From: an uncultured Methanobrevibacter sp.
Lineage (GTDB): Archaea > Methanobacteriota > Methanobacteria > Methanobacteriales > Methanobacteriaceae
Direction: 5' to 3'
DNA length: 64,000 bases
Assembly: GCF_947170395.1 (NCBI RefSeq)
Contig: NZ_CAMVTE010000007.1
Location: forward strand, 4,576-68,575
Shown one piece after another: positions 33,152 to 42,889 of the stretch; position 1 is the stretch's first letter, and every line of letters starts with the position of its first letter. The notes beneath the pieces were generated by a model, which ran no database searches, was not told the origin of the DNA, and saw nothing but the letters and a program-made list of their open reading frames with translations. Made by a program: the position numbers and the translations under genes.

Positions 33152-33188
33152 AAATTTGTTTTTATCTAAAACTTGGGATCCACATATT
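33150..33188 (+). repeat. Imperfect direct repeat, copy 2 (rio1 3' end and stop)
   Basis: ATAAATTTGTTTTTATCTAAAACTTGGGATCCACATATT. Confidence 0.75.
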
Positions 33189-33939
33189 CCCAAATTTCTT
33201 TAAAATTAGTTTCAACACCCAGTTTTGTATATTCTCTGACAAGGGTGTTTATGTCTCGTTCAAGAAGCTCTTTAGAAATCGGATTGTCCAGTACTACTGA
33301 CTGTGAAACGTCAATGATGACAGGTTCTTCATTTAAATTTAAAATATTGTAGTTGGACAAGTCACCATGGACCAGTTTCGCTTCACGAACGAACAATTTG
33401 AGCTGCACCAATAGTTTGTTAAAGAATTCATCCGGATTTTTAGGTGGCTGGTTTTTGACGGGCTGTGCCGGATTTCTGTCTTCATCTCCAATAAATTCAA
33501 TAATCAAAACATTATTGGAACTTGTAAATGGTTTTGGAACGGTTACTCCCGCATCGTATAGTCTTGTCAGGTTTTTAAATTCTTTTGTAACCCAGGAATA
33601 AATTATTTTCCTTTTGTTTTTGGTTTTGACGTTAAATCTCGGATCTCCTTTAAGATAATAATCCATTTTTTTAAAATCGGAAGTGGCTATCCTGTAGATT
33701 TTAACTGCCACAAAACTTTCATCATCTCTGATGCCTGTAAGCACGTTTGCTTCTTTGCCGGTACTTATGGCTCCATTTAAAACGTCAATGAATCCCTGAT
33801 TAGCTAGTTTGTATAATGTTTCCAGTGTTATTTTATCGAAAATTTCATTTCCCACTTTTCTTTCTGAACTGTCCTTTTTTCGTTTTCGGGAATGCAATTT
33901 TTCGTGAGCGGCATCTGCTTTAGCTATTTTGGAATCCAT
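33166..33939 (-). CDS. rio1: RIO1 family serine kinase
   Basis: STGKEANV, AVKIY, LVHGDLSNYNIL, IIDVSQSV. Confidence 0.93.
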   Translation of the reverse strand: MDSKIAKADAAHEKLHSRKRKKDSSERKVGNEIFDKITLETLYKLANQGFIDVLNGAISTGKEANVLTGIRDDESFVAVKIYRIATSDFKKMDYYLKGDPRFNVKTKNKRKIIYSWVTKEFKNLTRLYDAGVTVPKPFTSSNNVLIIEFIGDEDRNPAQPVKNQPPKNPDEFFNKLLVQLKLFVREAKLVHGDLSNYNILNLNEEPVIIDVSQSVVLDNPISKELLERDINTLVREYTKLGVETNFKEIWEYVDPKF

Positions 33940-33966
33940 TTATATCAAAAAAATAAGTAAATAAAG

Positions 33967-34272
33967 CTACATTTTTAAGTAGCCTTTTCTTTCAAGCCAG
34001 TTTGATTCTGTTTTGGTGTATCTCCAGATTACATCGGCTTTTTCATCAGATTGGAAATCCCATGGTTTTACAAGGATTACGTCTCCTTCACGAATCCAAA
34101 TACGTTTTTTCATTTTTCCAGGGATTCTGGTCATTCTTATATTTCCATCTGCACAACGGACTTTTAGTTTTCCATGTCCCATAATTTGTTCGACTACTCC
34201 AGGAATTTCACCTTTTTTAGGGGTTCTTACTCTCCTGTACTCTTGCTGTTGATTTTGATTAGGTTTTGACAA
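33967..34272 (-). CDS. eif1a: Translation initiation factor aIF-1A
   Basis: RIPGKMKKRIWIREGDV..PWDFQ. Confidence 0.95.
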   Translation of the reverse strand: MSKPNQNQQQEYRRVRTPKKGEIPGVVEQIMGHGKLKVRCADGNIRMTRIPGKMKKRIWIREGDVILVKPWDFQSDEKADVIWRYTKTESNWLERKGYLKM

Positions 34273-34379
34273 ATACTCTCCTCCAAAAATATAATACCTT
34301 TCACATTAGATTAAATTATTTATATATTTATGAATATATTATTATATTAAGTTATTGGATACTATATAAAGGGGTAACT

Positions 34380-35603
34380 ATGGGAACTGAATTTTTAAAA
34401 ATAAAAGAATGTGATGAAGCTATTGACATTATTAATGAATTATTCGACAAAAACCTTGCTGCACAAAGTGAAGAGATAGCAGTAACAGAATCCTATGGAA
34501 GGATTCTTTTTGAAGACGTTTACTCAAGAATGGACTTCCCGCCTTTTGACAAGGCATTAAAGGACGGATTTGCAATTCTTGCCGAAGACAGTTTTGGGGC
34601 TTCAGAAGAGTCTCCAAACACCCTCGAGGTCATCGACTTTTTGGAGGCAGGTTCAACCACAGACAAAAAGGTCGAAAAAGGCAAATGCATCGAAATAAGT
34701 ACTGGTGCAGCCATGCCTGAAGGTGGTGAAGCTGTAGTGATGGTGGAATATGCCGAAAAGTTCGACGGTAAGGTCAATCTTCTTACAACAGCCACTCCTT
34801 CACAGGATGTTGCAAAGAAAGGCTCCGATATAGAGGAAGGAAAACTGATTCTTAAAAAAGGGGACTTTTTAAATCCGGGTAAAATAGGCGTTCTGCTCTC
34901 ACAGGGTTTTGAAACAATTGAAGTTTACAAAAAACCTACAGTCGGTATAGTGTCATCAGGAAATGAAATCACACTTCAGGGCGAGGAGTTGGAATATGGA
35001 AAAATCTATGACGTAAACGGTGGAATGATTAAAAACGATGCAATTTCCTGCGGTGCGGATGCAAAATTCTTAGGGGTCATGAGGGATGACTACGATGAGG
35101 TAAAAAGCAAGATTACGCAATCCCTTAAGGAAGTTGATGTGCTTTTCTGCTCAGGCGGAACCTCAGCAGGTCTTGGCGATGTCCTCAAACATGTTCTCGA
35201 TGAGCTTGGAGAAGTTTACATTCATGGAATATCAGTACAGCCTGGAAAACCTACAATCGTAGGTGTTATTGATGGAAAGATTGTCATCGGACTTCCAGGA
35301 AATCCTGTCTCTGCACTGATGATATTCAACGCATTTGTTGCCGAACCTTTAACAAGACTTGCAGGAATCGACAGGGACTTTGAGCTTAAAACCACAAAGG
35401 GAACAATGACCCGCAGAATCCACTCTCAAGTCGGAAGGATGCAATACCAGTTGGTTAAAGTCGATGGTGATGAGGTTCATCCAATTTTCAAGGATTCCGG
35501 AGCGATATTTTCACTTTCAACAGCAGACGGTTATGTCAAAATTCCAAAACTTGTTGAAATCCTTGATGAAGGCGAGCAAGTAGAAGTCTTTTTATTCAAT
35601 TAA
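34380..35603 (+). CDS. moeA: Molybdopterin molybdenumtransferase
   Basis: PPFDKALKDGFA, ISTGAAMPEG, SGGTSAG, PGKP, LPGNPVS. Confidence 0.9.
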   Translation: MGTEFLKIKECDEAIDIINELFDKNLAAQSEEIAVTESYGRILFEDVYSRMDFPPFDKALKDGFAILAEDSFGASEESPNTLEVIDFLEAGSTTDKKVEKGKCIEISTGAAMPEGGEAVVMVEYAEKFDGKVNLLTTATPSQDVAKKGSDIEEGKLILKKGDFLNPGKIGVLLSQGFETIEVYKKPTVGIVSSGNEITLQGEELEYGKIYDVNGGMIKNDAISCGADAKFLGVMRDDYDEVKSKITQSLKEVDVLFCSGGTSAGLGDVLKHVLDELGEVYIHGISVQPGKPTIVGVIDGKIVIGLPGNPVSALMIFNAFVAEPLTRLAGIDRDFELKTTKGTMTRRIHSQVGRMQYQLVKVDGDEVHPIFKDSGAIFSLSTADGYVKIPKLVEILDEGEQVEVFLFN

Positions 35604-35630
35604 GATTAAAAAATTATGTAAGGTGTAATT

Positions 35631-36092
35631 ATGGATTATGAAGTAAAAGTAATTCCAGAACAGAAATTGGGAGTAATAAACTGCAAGACTCCAATTGAAG
35701 ATTTAGGCATATTTCTTTCCATATTGATGGGTTGGGTTGATGCAGAGGAAATTGAAACCGAAGGGGAACCTTTCGTTGTTTATTTCTCACCAAGGCATGA
35801 AGTCAACGAAGGTGATGCGGTATATGACGTAAGCATTGCCATTAAAGGTGATGCCGATGAAACCGACAGAATCCGTGTCGTTGACATGATAGAAAACAAG
35901 GTATTGGCAGCCAAACATTTCGGGTCTACAGATTCAATCATGGATACCTATGCAGGTCTTGTTGAGGTTGCTCAAAAGAACAATTATCATATCATCGGAT
36001 CTCCTAAGGAAGTCCTAATCAAAGGTTTCCATAACTGTGACAATGAAAATGAGTTCATAACCGAAATTCAATTGCCGATTATTGAAATGTAG
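35631..36092 (+). CDS. GyrI-like small-molecule binding protein
   Basis: HFGS...TY...EVLI...TEIQLPI effector-binding pattern. Confidence 0.8.
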   Translation: MDYEVKVIPEQKLGVINCKTPIEDLGIFLSILMGWVDAEEIETEGEPFVVYFSPRHEVNEGDAVYDVSIAIKGDADETDRIRVVDMIENKVLAAKHFGSTDSIMDTYAGLVEVAQKNNYHIIGSPKEVLIKGFHNCDNENEFITEIQLPIIEM

Positions 36093-36100
36093 GTGTTAGA

Positions 36101-36352
36101 ATGTCTAAAAAAGATAAGTTTGATATCGATGAGGAAATCGAAAAGATTGCCCGCAATTCAAATTTCAATATCAGAAAAACAGAATATTCCTTTGAAAAGC
36201 AGTTAAAAAAATTGGATAAGGAAATTGATGCTGCCATGAATCAGAAACTGAAGGATTTTGATGAAAACAAGCAGCTGACTTCAGATTATTTAACAATTGA
36301 CTATAAACAGGATACAATTGACAGATATAGAGAAAAATTAAAAAAGATTTAA
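36101..36352 (+). CDS. Small hypothetical protein
   Basis: 83 aa ORF, AGGTG RBS. Confidence 0.6.
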   Translation: MSKKDKFDIDEEIEKIARNSNFNIRKTEYSFEKQLKKLDKEIDAAMNQKLKDFDENKQLTSDYLTIDYKQDTIDRYREKLKKI

Positions 36353-36362
36353 TTTTCTCTTT

Positions 36363-37673
36363 CTAATTTTTTCCGACAACCCTCAAATCATGTACCAGCA
36401 GTTTTGGTATGATGTATGGACCGTACTGTTTGATTTCACAGTTTAAACCTTCTACTTTTTTCATTATTTCAAAGATGTTGCCTGAAATCATTGCCTTGTC
36501 AATAGGGTCTGCCAGTTCACCATTTTCTATTTTAAATGCATTGCTTGCCTCTACTGAGAAGTCTCCGGAAATAGGATTTGCTGTATGTGCTCCCAAAACG
36601 CTTGTTGTAAGCACGCCACTTTCAATTTCATCAAGATTTCTCATTTCACTGAATTTGAATTCCAGATTGCTTGGTGAAATCATGGGTGTTGAAAGATAAG
36701 ACCCTCTATATCCGTTTGAGGTTGTCTTGACGCCTTCCTTGTTGGCAGTGTAAATGTCATAAATGAATGAATTCAAAACGCCATCCTTAATCAGGTCAGT
36801 CTTTTGGCTGACGCTTCCTTCACCGTCACATTTTGTGCTGAGCAGTCCCTTTTCCAAAAGGGGATTGTCTGTTATGGTAAGGGTAGGATTTGCGATTTCA
36901 CTTCCTGTTCTGTCCTTCAGAATTGACCTTCCGCGCATCACGTTTTCACCGTTGAATGCAGACATGAATGTTTGAAGAAGTCCTGTTGCAGCATAATAGT
37001 CCAAAACAACACTGTAGTCTCCGGTTTCAATAGGTTTTGTATCAAGTGAGCTTTTTGCCAAATCACAGACTTCCTGGGCTAGCTTTTCACCGTCCATATC
37101 AAAGAACCTTGATGACTGTGAGTTATATGCGGTTGCAATCCTGCCGTCCTTTTGAATGGTTACGGACAGTCCCACGCCGAAGCCGGTTCCTTCATTTTCG
37201 ATTGAAACTCCATTTGAGTTGACAATCAGTGACCTGCCTTCGCTTGCGGAAAATCCTGAACCGGTAATTTCACAGCCGCTGTCGGATGCTGTTTCAATCA
37301 CGTTTTTTAGAAACTCGACGGATTCGTCAAGATCAAGGTCATTGAATTTCTTGTCATAAACCTTTTCAACTTCCGCTACCTTTTCTTTTTGGGAAAATGC
37401 ATAATTTTCATCATTTTTGTTCAGTTTGCTGTTTTCAATAGCCTGAAGGCCGGTTTGGGCAATTTTATCAAGATTTGATGTAAATGCAAAACCGAGCTTA
37501 TGGTCTTTAAGGATTCTTATTCCAATTCCCTGTTCGATTTCTTCCTTGGCAAAGTTCAGCTCGTCCTGTTTGGAGTCCAGTTCAATGACTTTTGACTCGT
37601 CAATAAAAATTTCATATTCATCGCATTTGCCTTCAACGGCTCTTCTTGCTTCGTCAGCCAGTTCATATATCAT
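36363..37673 (-). CDS. TldD/PmbA family protein
   Basis: DGEG, GAHTANPISGDFS; start moved to MIYELAD. Confidence 0.88.
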   Translation of the reverse strand: MIYELADEARRAVEGKCDEYEIFIDESKVIELDSKQDELNFAKEEIEQGIGIRILKDHKLGFAFTSNLDKIAQTGLQAIENSKLNKNDENYAFSQKEKVAEVEKVYDKKFNDLDLDESVEFLKNVIETASDSGCEITGSGFSASEGRSLIVNSNGVSIENEGTGFGVGLSVTIQKDGRIATAYNSQSSRFFDMDGEKLAQEVCDLAKSSLDTKPIETGDYSVVLDYYAATGLLQTFMSAFNGENVMRGRSILKDRTGSEIANPTLTITDNPLLEKGLLSTKCDGEGSVSQKTDLIKDGVLNSFIYDIYTANKEGVKTTSNGYRGSYLSTPMISPSNLEFKFSEMRNLDEIESGVLTTSVLGAHTANPISGDFSVEASNAFKIENGELADPIDKAMISGNIFEIMKKVEGLNCEIKQYGPYIIPKLLVHDLRVVGKN

Positions 37674-37680
37674 ATTATCA

Positions 37681-38385
37681 CTACAGTGCAAATTTTTCAA
37701 TGGCTTCAGCCACTCCATCACCAAAGTTCTTCTCGCAGGTGTATGTGCTAATCTCTTTGAGTCTGTCTTCGGCATTTCCCACGGCTATTTTGTAACCGAC
37801 CTCTTTTAGAAAGTCCTCGTCGTTTTGGCTGTCTCCGATGGCCATGACGTTTTCCATGTTTATGCCGTTTCTCTCACAAAGGTATTTCAGTGATGTTCCC
37901 TTGTTTACTCTTTTATCGGTTACGTGGAGTGCAAAGCCGCTGTCATAAATTTCAAGTTCATCGAGATATTTGAAGTCCTTCAGCGCTTCATTTAAATCTT
38001 CAAGGGCAAGTGTCTTGTAGAATACAGTTTCTGTCAGTCTGTACATGTTGTCATGAGATGCATGCTGGGCGAATCTGTCTCCTAGCTTTTCTTTCAGGTG
38101 ATTTTCCGCTGATGTGACAAAGTCCCTGTCGACTAATGTTTCAACGGCATTGTCGTTTTCACCTTCCTTAAAGACAACACCTCCGTTTTCTGCAACAAGT
38201 CCTCCGCTGCATCCGATAAGGACTTCAGCGGCATATGCATAGTTGACCACATTTCCTGTAACGATTATTGTTGGTATTCCTGCAGATTCCGCTTTTCTTA
38301 AGGCTTCGATTGCTGATATGCAGATTTGCCTTTTCTCGTCTGTTATTGTTCCGTCGATGTCTACTGCTATTGCTTCAATTGTCAT
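37681..38385 (-). CDS. HAD phosphoglycolate phosphatase (archaeal)
   Basis: DIDGTITD, AENGG, NKG, GDSQND. Confidence 0.85.
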   Translation of the reverse strand: MTIEAIAVDIDGTITDEKRQICISAIEALRKAESAGIPTIIVTGNVVNYAYAAEVLIGCSGGLVAENGGVVFKEGENDNAVETLVDRDFVTSAENHLKEKLGDRFAQHASHDNMYRLTETVFYKTLALEDLNEALKDFKYLDELEIYDSGFALHVTDKRVNKGTSLKYLCERNGINMENVMAIGDSQNDEDFLKEVGYKIAVGNAEDRLKEISTYTCEKNFGDGVAEAIEKFAL

Positions 38386-38386
38386 T

Positions 38387-39433
38387 CTATCCTCTTGAGT
38401 ATCTGTGTGCAATGTTACAGGTTCCTTCTTTACTTACCATACATGCTCCAATAGGGTGGAGCGGATTGCATGCCTTTCTGAATAGCTTGCAATCTTCAGG
38501 CCTTGCAAGACCCCTTAAAATAGGTCCGCAGATACAGCCTTTAGGAGCTTCATTAACGTCTTTGACTTCAATGTCGTATTTTTCACGTGCATTGAACTCG
38601 GAAAACTCGTCCTTGATTTCCAGAATTGAATTAGGTATTTTGGGAAATCCTCTCCATTCCCTTGATGTCACGTCAAATACCTGTTCCATCATTTCCTGGG
38701 CTATGACGTTGCCTTCCTCTTTTACTGCTCTTGAGTATTCATTGTCTACTTTCGGTGTTTCATTGTGAATCTGTCTTAAAATCATATAAACTGACATTAA
38801 AATGTCAAGAGGGTTGAATCCGGCCACTGCCTGTGGGATTCCAAAGTCTGTTGAGAAGTATTCGAAAGGTTTTGTTCCGATTATTGTACATACGTGTCCC
38901 GGCTGAATCAGTGCGTTCAGGCTTGTCTCTCCTGAATTGATTAAAAAGTCAATTGCCGGAGGTATCAGCCTGTGGCATGAAAGCACAGAGAAGTTTTCAG
39001 GCGGTGTTGAGAGAAGTTCCGCAGCGGTTGTCGGTGCGGTTGTTTCAAATCCTGCTGAAATGAATGCAACATCATTGTCCTGCTTTTCAGCTATTTCAAT
39101 AGCTCTGTTGATTCCGTAAACCACTCTTACATCTCCACCTTCTGCCTTTGCATCTGCAAGGGATCTTTCAGAACCCGGAACCCTTAACATATCTCCGAAA
39201 GTGGTTATTGTAACTCCTCTGTCGATAAGTTCAAGGGCCTCATCGATTTCACGTGACGGCACTACGCAGACTGGACATCCCGGACCTGCAATAATTTCCA
39301 CTTCGTCAGGAAGCAGGCTTCTAATCCCATTTTCCATTATTGTGTGTTCGTGGGACCCACAAACGTGCATTATTTTAACGGGTGTAGCTAATTTATTTAT
39401 TCTTTCTATTAATTCTTTTGACATATTTTTCAT
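38387..39433 (-). CDS. hypD: Hydrogenase maturation protein HypD
   Basis: CGSHEH, GPGCPVC, GFETT, PGHV, CMVSKEGTC. Confidence 0.95.
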   Translation of the reverse strand: MKNMSKELIERINKLATPVKIMHVCGSHEHTIMENGIRSLLPDEVEIIAGPGCPVCVVPSREIDEALELIDRGVTITTFGDMLRVPGSERSLADAKAEGGDVRVVYGINRAIEIAEKQDNDVAFISAGFETTAPTTAAELLSTPPENFSVLSCHRLIPPAIDFLINSGETSLNALIQPGHVCTIIGTKPFEYFSTDFGIPQAVAGFNPLDILMSVYMILRQIHNETPKVDNEYSRAVKEEGNVIAQEMMEQVFDVTSREWRGFPKIPNSILEIKDEFSEFNAREKYDIEVKDVNEAPKGCICGPILRGLARPEDCKLFRKACNPLHPIGACMVSKEGTCNIAHRYSRG

Positions 39434-39518
39434 ATTAACACCGAAGATTTAATATTATACATTGAATATATTTAGTATAAGATGTATTATATTTTGTTAT
39501 AATTTATTAGTGATTATC

Positions 39519-41192
39519 ATGTTTAACAATAATCTTATTCTGGTAGTTATTCCTGCAAGGGGCGGTTCAAAAGGCATTCCCCGTAAGAATCTCAGACTGC
39601 TTAACAACAAGCCTCTCATTTCATATTCGATTGAAACCGCAAAGGCTTGTGAGTATGTTGATGATGTTGTGGTAACTACCGATGATTCACAAATCGCATT
39701 GATAGCCGAAAAGTTCGGAGCCAGCGTCATCAGACGTTCACCTGAGCTTGCAACCGATGAAGTAACATTGGACCCGGTAGTTCACGATGCCATGATTCAA
39801 AAGGAAAAGCTGGCATTCGATGAATATGATATCATTATCACCCTTCAGCCGACCTCACCGCTGATTACCACACAAACCCTTGACAGGGTAATTGAAAAAT
39901 TCGATGACTTCAGTCTCGACAGTGTGCTTTCAGTAGTTGATGACAGGCATTTGAGCTGGGGATATGATGAGGACAACAAAAGATATTTCCCGAATTACAT
40001 TGAAAGACTTGATGCAGATCAGCTTCCGAAATCATTCAGGGAAACCGGAGCTATTCTGGCCACCAGAAGACAGTTTGTCCGGGAGGATTCCCGTCTGGGA
40101 ACCAATATAGGTATTGTTGAAGTGTCCCGTGAGGAACGTGTCAACATCCAGACCTATGAGGACTGGTGGATTGCAGAAAATTACCTTCAAAAGAAAAGGA
40201 CTGCAATTGTTGTCAACGCTTCTGATGAAATCGGAATCAGTCACATTAACAGGTGTCTGTCCCTCGCTTCCAAACTGGTGTTTCACGACGTGCTGTTTTT
40301 GATTGACGAGCATTATCAGCTGGGAGTGGATATGGTTGATAAAAACAATTTCTCATACCAGACATATGACGATATGGGGGATTTGCTGAAATACCTGAGG
40401 GCATATGGTCCTCAGATTGTAATCAATGATATTTTGGATACTTCTGAAGAATACATTTCCGCTTTAAAGATTGAAGACTATTTCGTTGTCAATTTTGAGG
40501 ATTTGGGTGTCGGAAGTGACCTTGCAGATGTTGTATTTGATGATTTGTATGAACATGAACTGGGTGCACGAAACGTGTTTACCGGCCACAAGTATTTCAT
40601 ATTGAAGGATGAGTTCTACTATCAGCCTCCTAAGATAATTACGAATGCGGTAAATCGGGTTCTGATTGCATTCGGGCAGTTTGATTCAAACAACGTAACC
40701 GAAAAGATAATCGATTCCATACTTGCCACAAATTATGAAGGCAGAATCGACGTTATCTTGGGCCTTGACTATGAAGGTCTTGATAATCTCATATCAAAAT
40801 ATGAATCAAACCCTCTGATTCAGATATACAGAAACGTTTCAAATGTCAGCGAGTTCATATTCAAGGCTGACCTTATTTTCACATCTCCAAACAAATCCAT
40901 GTATGAGATTTGTTCAATCGGGGTTCCGACAATCTGTCTGTGTCAGGATGACAGGGATGTCTCCCATGTATTTGCAAACAGCAAAAACGGATTCATAAAC
41001 ATGGGTCGTGTGGAGGATTTGTCCCAAAAAGATATAATCGATCAGTTTGTCAATGTGGTCAATGATTTCGATTTGAGAATGCAGATGCACAAAAAGATGC
41101 TTTCAATCGATTTGAAAAACGGTTTTGAAAATATTCTTGCTGTTATTGAGGAAGAATACCGTAAATTTGAATTCAATAAAAATTTGAAATAA
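39519..41192 (+). CDS. Acylneuraminate cytidylyltransferase (NeuA/PseF) fused to a PseG/SpsG-like GT-B domain
   Basis: IPARGGSKGIPRKN, LQPTSP; second half IGISHINRC...YEICSIGVP. Confidence 0.8.
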   Translation: MFNNNLILVVIPARGGSKGIPRKNLRLLNNKPLISYSIETAKACEYVDDVVVTTDDSQIALIAEKFGASVIRRSPELATDEVTLDPVVHDAMIQKEKLAFDEYDIIITLQPTSPLITTQTLDRVIEKFDDFSLDSVLSVVDDRHLSWGYDEDNKRYFPNYIERLDADQLPKSFRETGAILATRRQFVREDSRLGTNIGIVEVSREERVNIQTYEDWWIAENYLQKKRTAIVVNASDEIGISHINRCLSLASKLVFHDVLFLIDEHYQLGVDMVDKNNFSYQTYDDMGDLLKYLRAYGPQIVINDILDTSEEYISALKIEDYFVVNFEDLGVGSDLADVVFDDLYEHELGARNVFTGHKYFILKDEFYYQPPKIITNAVNRVLIAFGQFDSNNVTEKIIDSILATNYEGRIDVILGLDYEGLDNLISKYESNPLIQIYRNVSNVSEFIFKADLIFTSPNKSMYEICSIGVPTICLCQDDRDVSHVFANSKNGFINMGRVEDLSQKDIIDQFVNVVNDFDLRMQMHKKMLSIDLKNGFENILAVIEEEYRKFEFNKNLK

Positions 41193-41202
41193 AAAAAAGA
41201 AA

Positions 41203-42753
41203 TTAAATTTCTGAAGAACAATCTGCAGAATAGTTGTTTATTAAAACGGCACATTTGTCGATTGTTTCAGAATCTAATTTTATAGTGCTTGTCTGGATTT
41301 GATTCAATAACTCTTCAATGAACAGATCCTCATCGGTTAAAGGCATATTGATAACTACAACCTCGTTGTTGATGAAACCTACCAGAGGTTCAACAAAACA
41401 GTTTTTGATGTTGTTGTCATTAAGGAAGTTAATTAAATCTTCACCTAAACTTAAAGCTTTTTGTTTGATTTTATTGTCCTGGGAGAATTTAGCCTGTTTG
41501 GTTGTGTATCTAAATCTTCTCATGTTTCCTGAAGCAGGAATCTCTTCAATTTTTTCATCATCGCTTTCGGTTGATCCAATCAGATTTAAATTTTCATTTT
41601 CAGATTCTAATCTAAGTTTAGGATTGTATTTCTGTGAGAGAAGTGCATAAATTCCTGTTGGACCTACAACCAGGTGGTTGATGCTTGAGTTGGATGTTGG
41701 AGTCTTTACATTATAGAAAACATAGAACTCTTCAGGCAAGCTTAACAGGTGTTCCCTGATGATTCTTGTTCTTATTTCAGTTTCTTTAACATCTCTAGTT
41801 TTGTAAATTCCATAACATAAGATAATAACTCCAATGAATAAAGCAATGATTCCAACGCCACTGTTTATCAAGAGGATTTCGATAATGCTTAAAACGAATA
41901 TCACCGCACCTACAAGAAGGAGTGTAGTGTTGGTGTCCATGTTCTTTATATCGAAATCATCATATCCGGTACTTAGAAGGGATCCTGTAGTTGAATCTCC
42001 AACTCCAGGTTCAGGTTCAGGGATTGTAAGCCTGTCAATAAAGCCTCCAAAGGACCTTTCATGCTGTTCTTCAGTAGAGGTTGGATAATATTGATTCATG
42101 CTTTTGAAAAACTCATCTTTAAGGAAAGTTTTCAAAATATTGTAATCGTTAGTTTTTGGAAGGGCAAATTCCTTTCCAAATTTGGATAAAACAGATTCCG
42201 GAATTGTTGTCCTTGCGGTTTTCAATTCAAACTCTTCTGCCTCTTTGAGTTCTTGCTCTTCTTTTTCTGCATCAGCAATTTTGAGCATGCTCTCTTCGGA
42301 GAAGAAGTTTTCCAATCTGTTAGTAATTGATTTTAAGGAGCGTGTATTATCTTCTGCTTGTTCTTCCATCTCAGGTTCAGCATCTTGGACTTTATTTTCT
42401 TGTCTGATGGTTTGAATTTCTTTTCTTCTTTCCTCAACATATTTGTCCAATTCCGCATTCAGCTCGTCGTCCAAATATCTTAAGGAACCTCCGCAGCTAT
42501 CACATTCATAATCAAGTATGCTATCGCTACTTTTGATTTTGTATTTCAATCCGCAGTCCTCACATTGGACTATCTGGGAATTGTCATACTTAAATGAATC
42601 AATAAATGAGGAACGAGAACTAGCTTCTACATCAGAATATTCTTCCAAGTATTCCAGGTCTCCTGCACATGAAGAACACTCGAATGTTGATATATCGTCA
42701 TCATCATCGAGTTGGTATTTTGCACCACAGTTCTTACAGCATACAACTTTCAT
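41203..42753 (-). CDS. Zn-ribbon, TM-hairpin and NERD-like domain protein
   Basis: Four CxxC pairs; two TM helices; INHLVVGPTGIY. Confidence 0.72.
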   Translation of the reverse strand: MKVVCCKNCGAKYQLDDDDDISTFECSSCAGDLEYLEEYSDVEASSRSSFIDSFKYDNSQIVQCEDCGLKYKIKSSDSILDYECDSCGGSLRYLDDELNAELDKYVEERRKEIQTIRQENKVQDAEPEMEEQAEDNTRSLKSITNRLENFFSEESMLKIADAEKEEQELKEAEEFELKTARTTIPESVLSKFGKEFALPKTNDYNILKTFLKDEFFKSMNQYYPTSTEEQHERSFGGFIDRLTIPEPEPGVGDSTTGSLLSTGYDDFDIKNMDTNTTLLLVGAVIFVLSIIEILLINSGVGIIALFIGVIILCYGIYKTRDVKETEIRTRIIREHLLSLPEEFYVFYNVKTPTSNSSINHLVVGPTGIYALLSQKYNPKLRLESENENLNLIGSTESDDEKIEEIPASGNMRRFRYTTKQAKFSQDNKIKQKALSLGEDLINFLNDNNIKNCFVEPLVGFINNEVVVINMPLTDEDLFIEELLNQIQTSTIKLDSETIDKCAVLINNYSADCSSEI

Positions 42754-42889
42754 ATTATCCTCTTTAAAATTACTTATGATATTACTTTTTTATTTTTGTT
42801 TTTATATATCTTTCTAATTAATGTCATTATTGTATTATTCATGATGGAGTGGAATTTAGTTGTTTTCATTTAAATGGTTTAAATAACAG

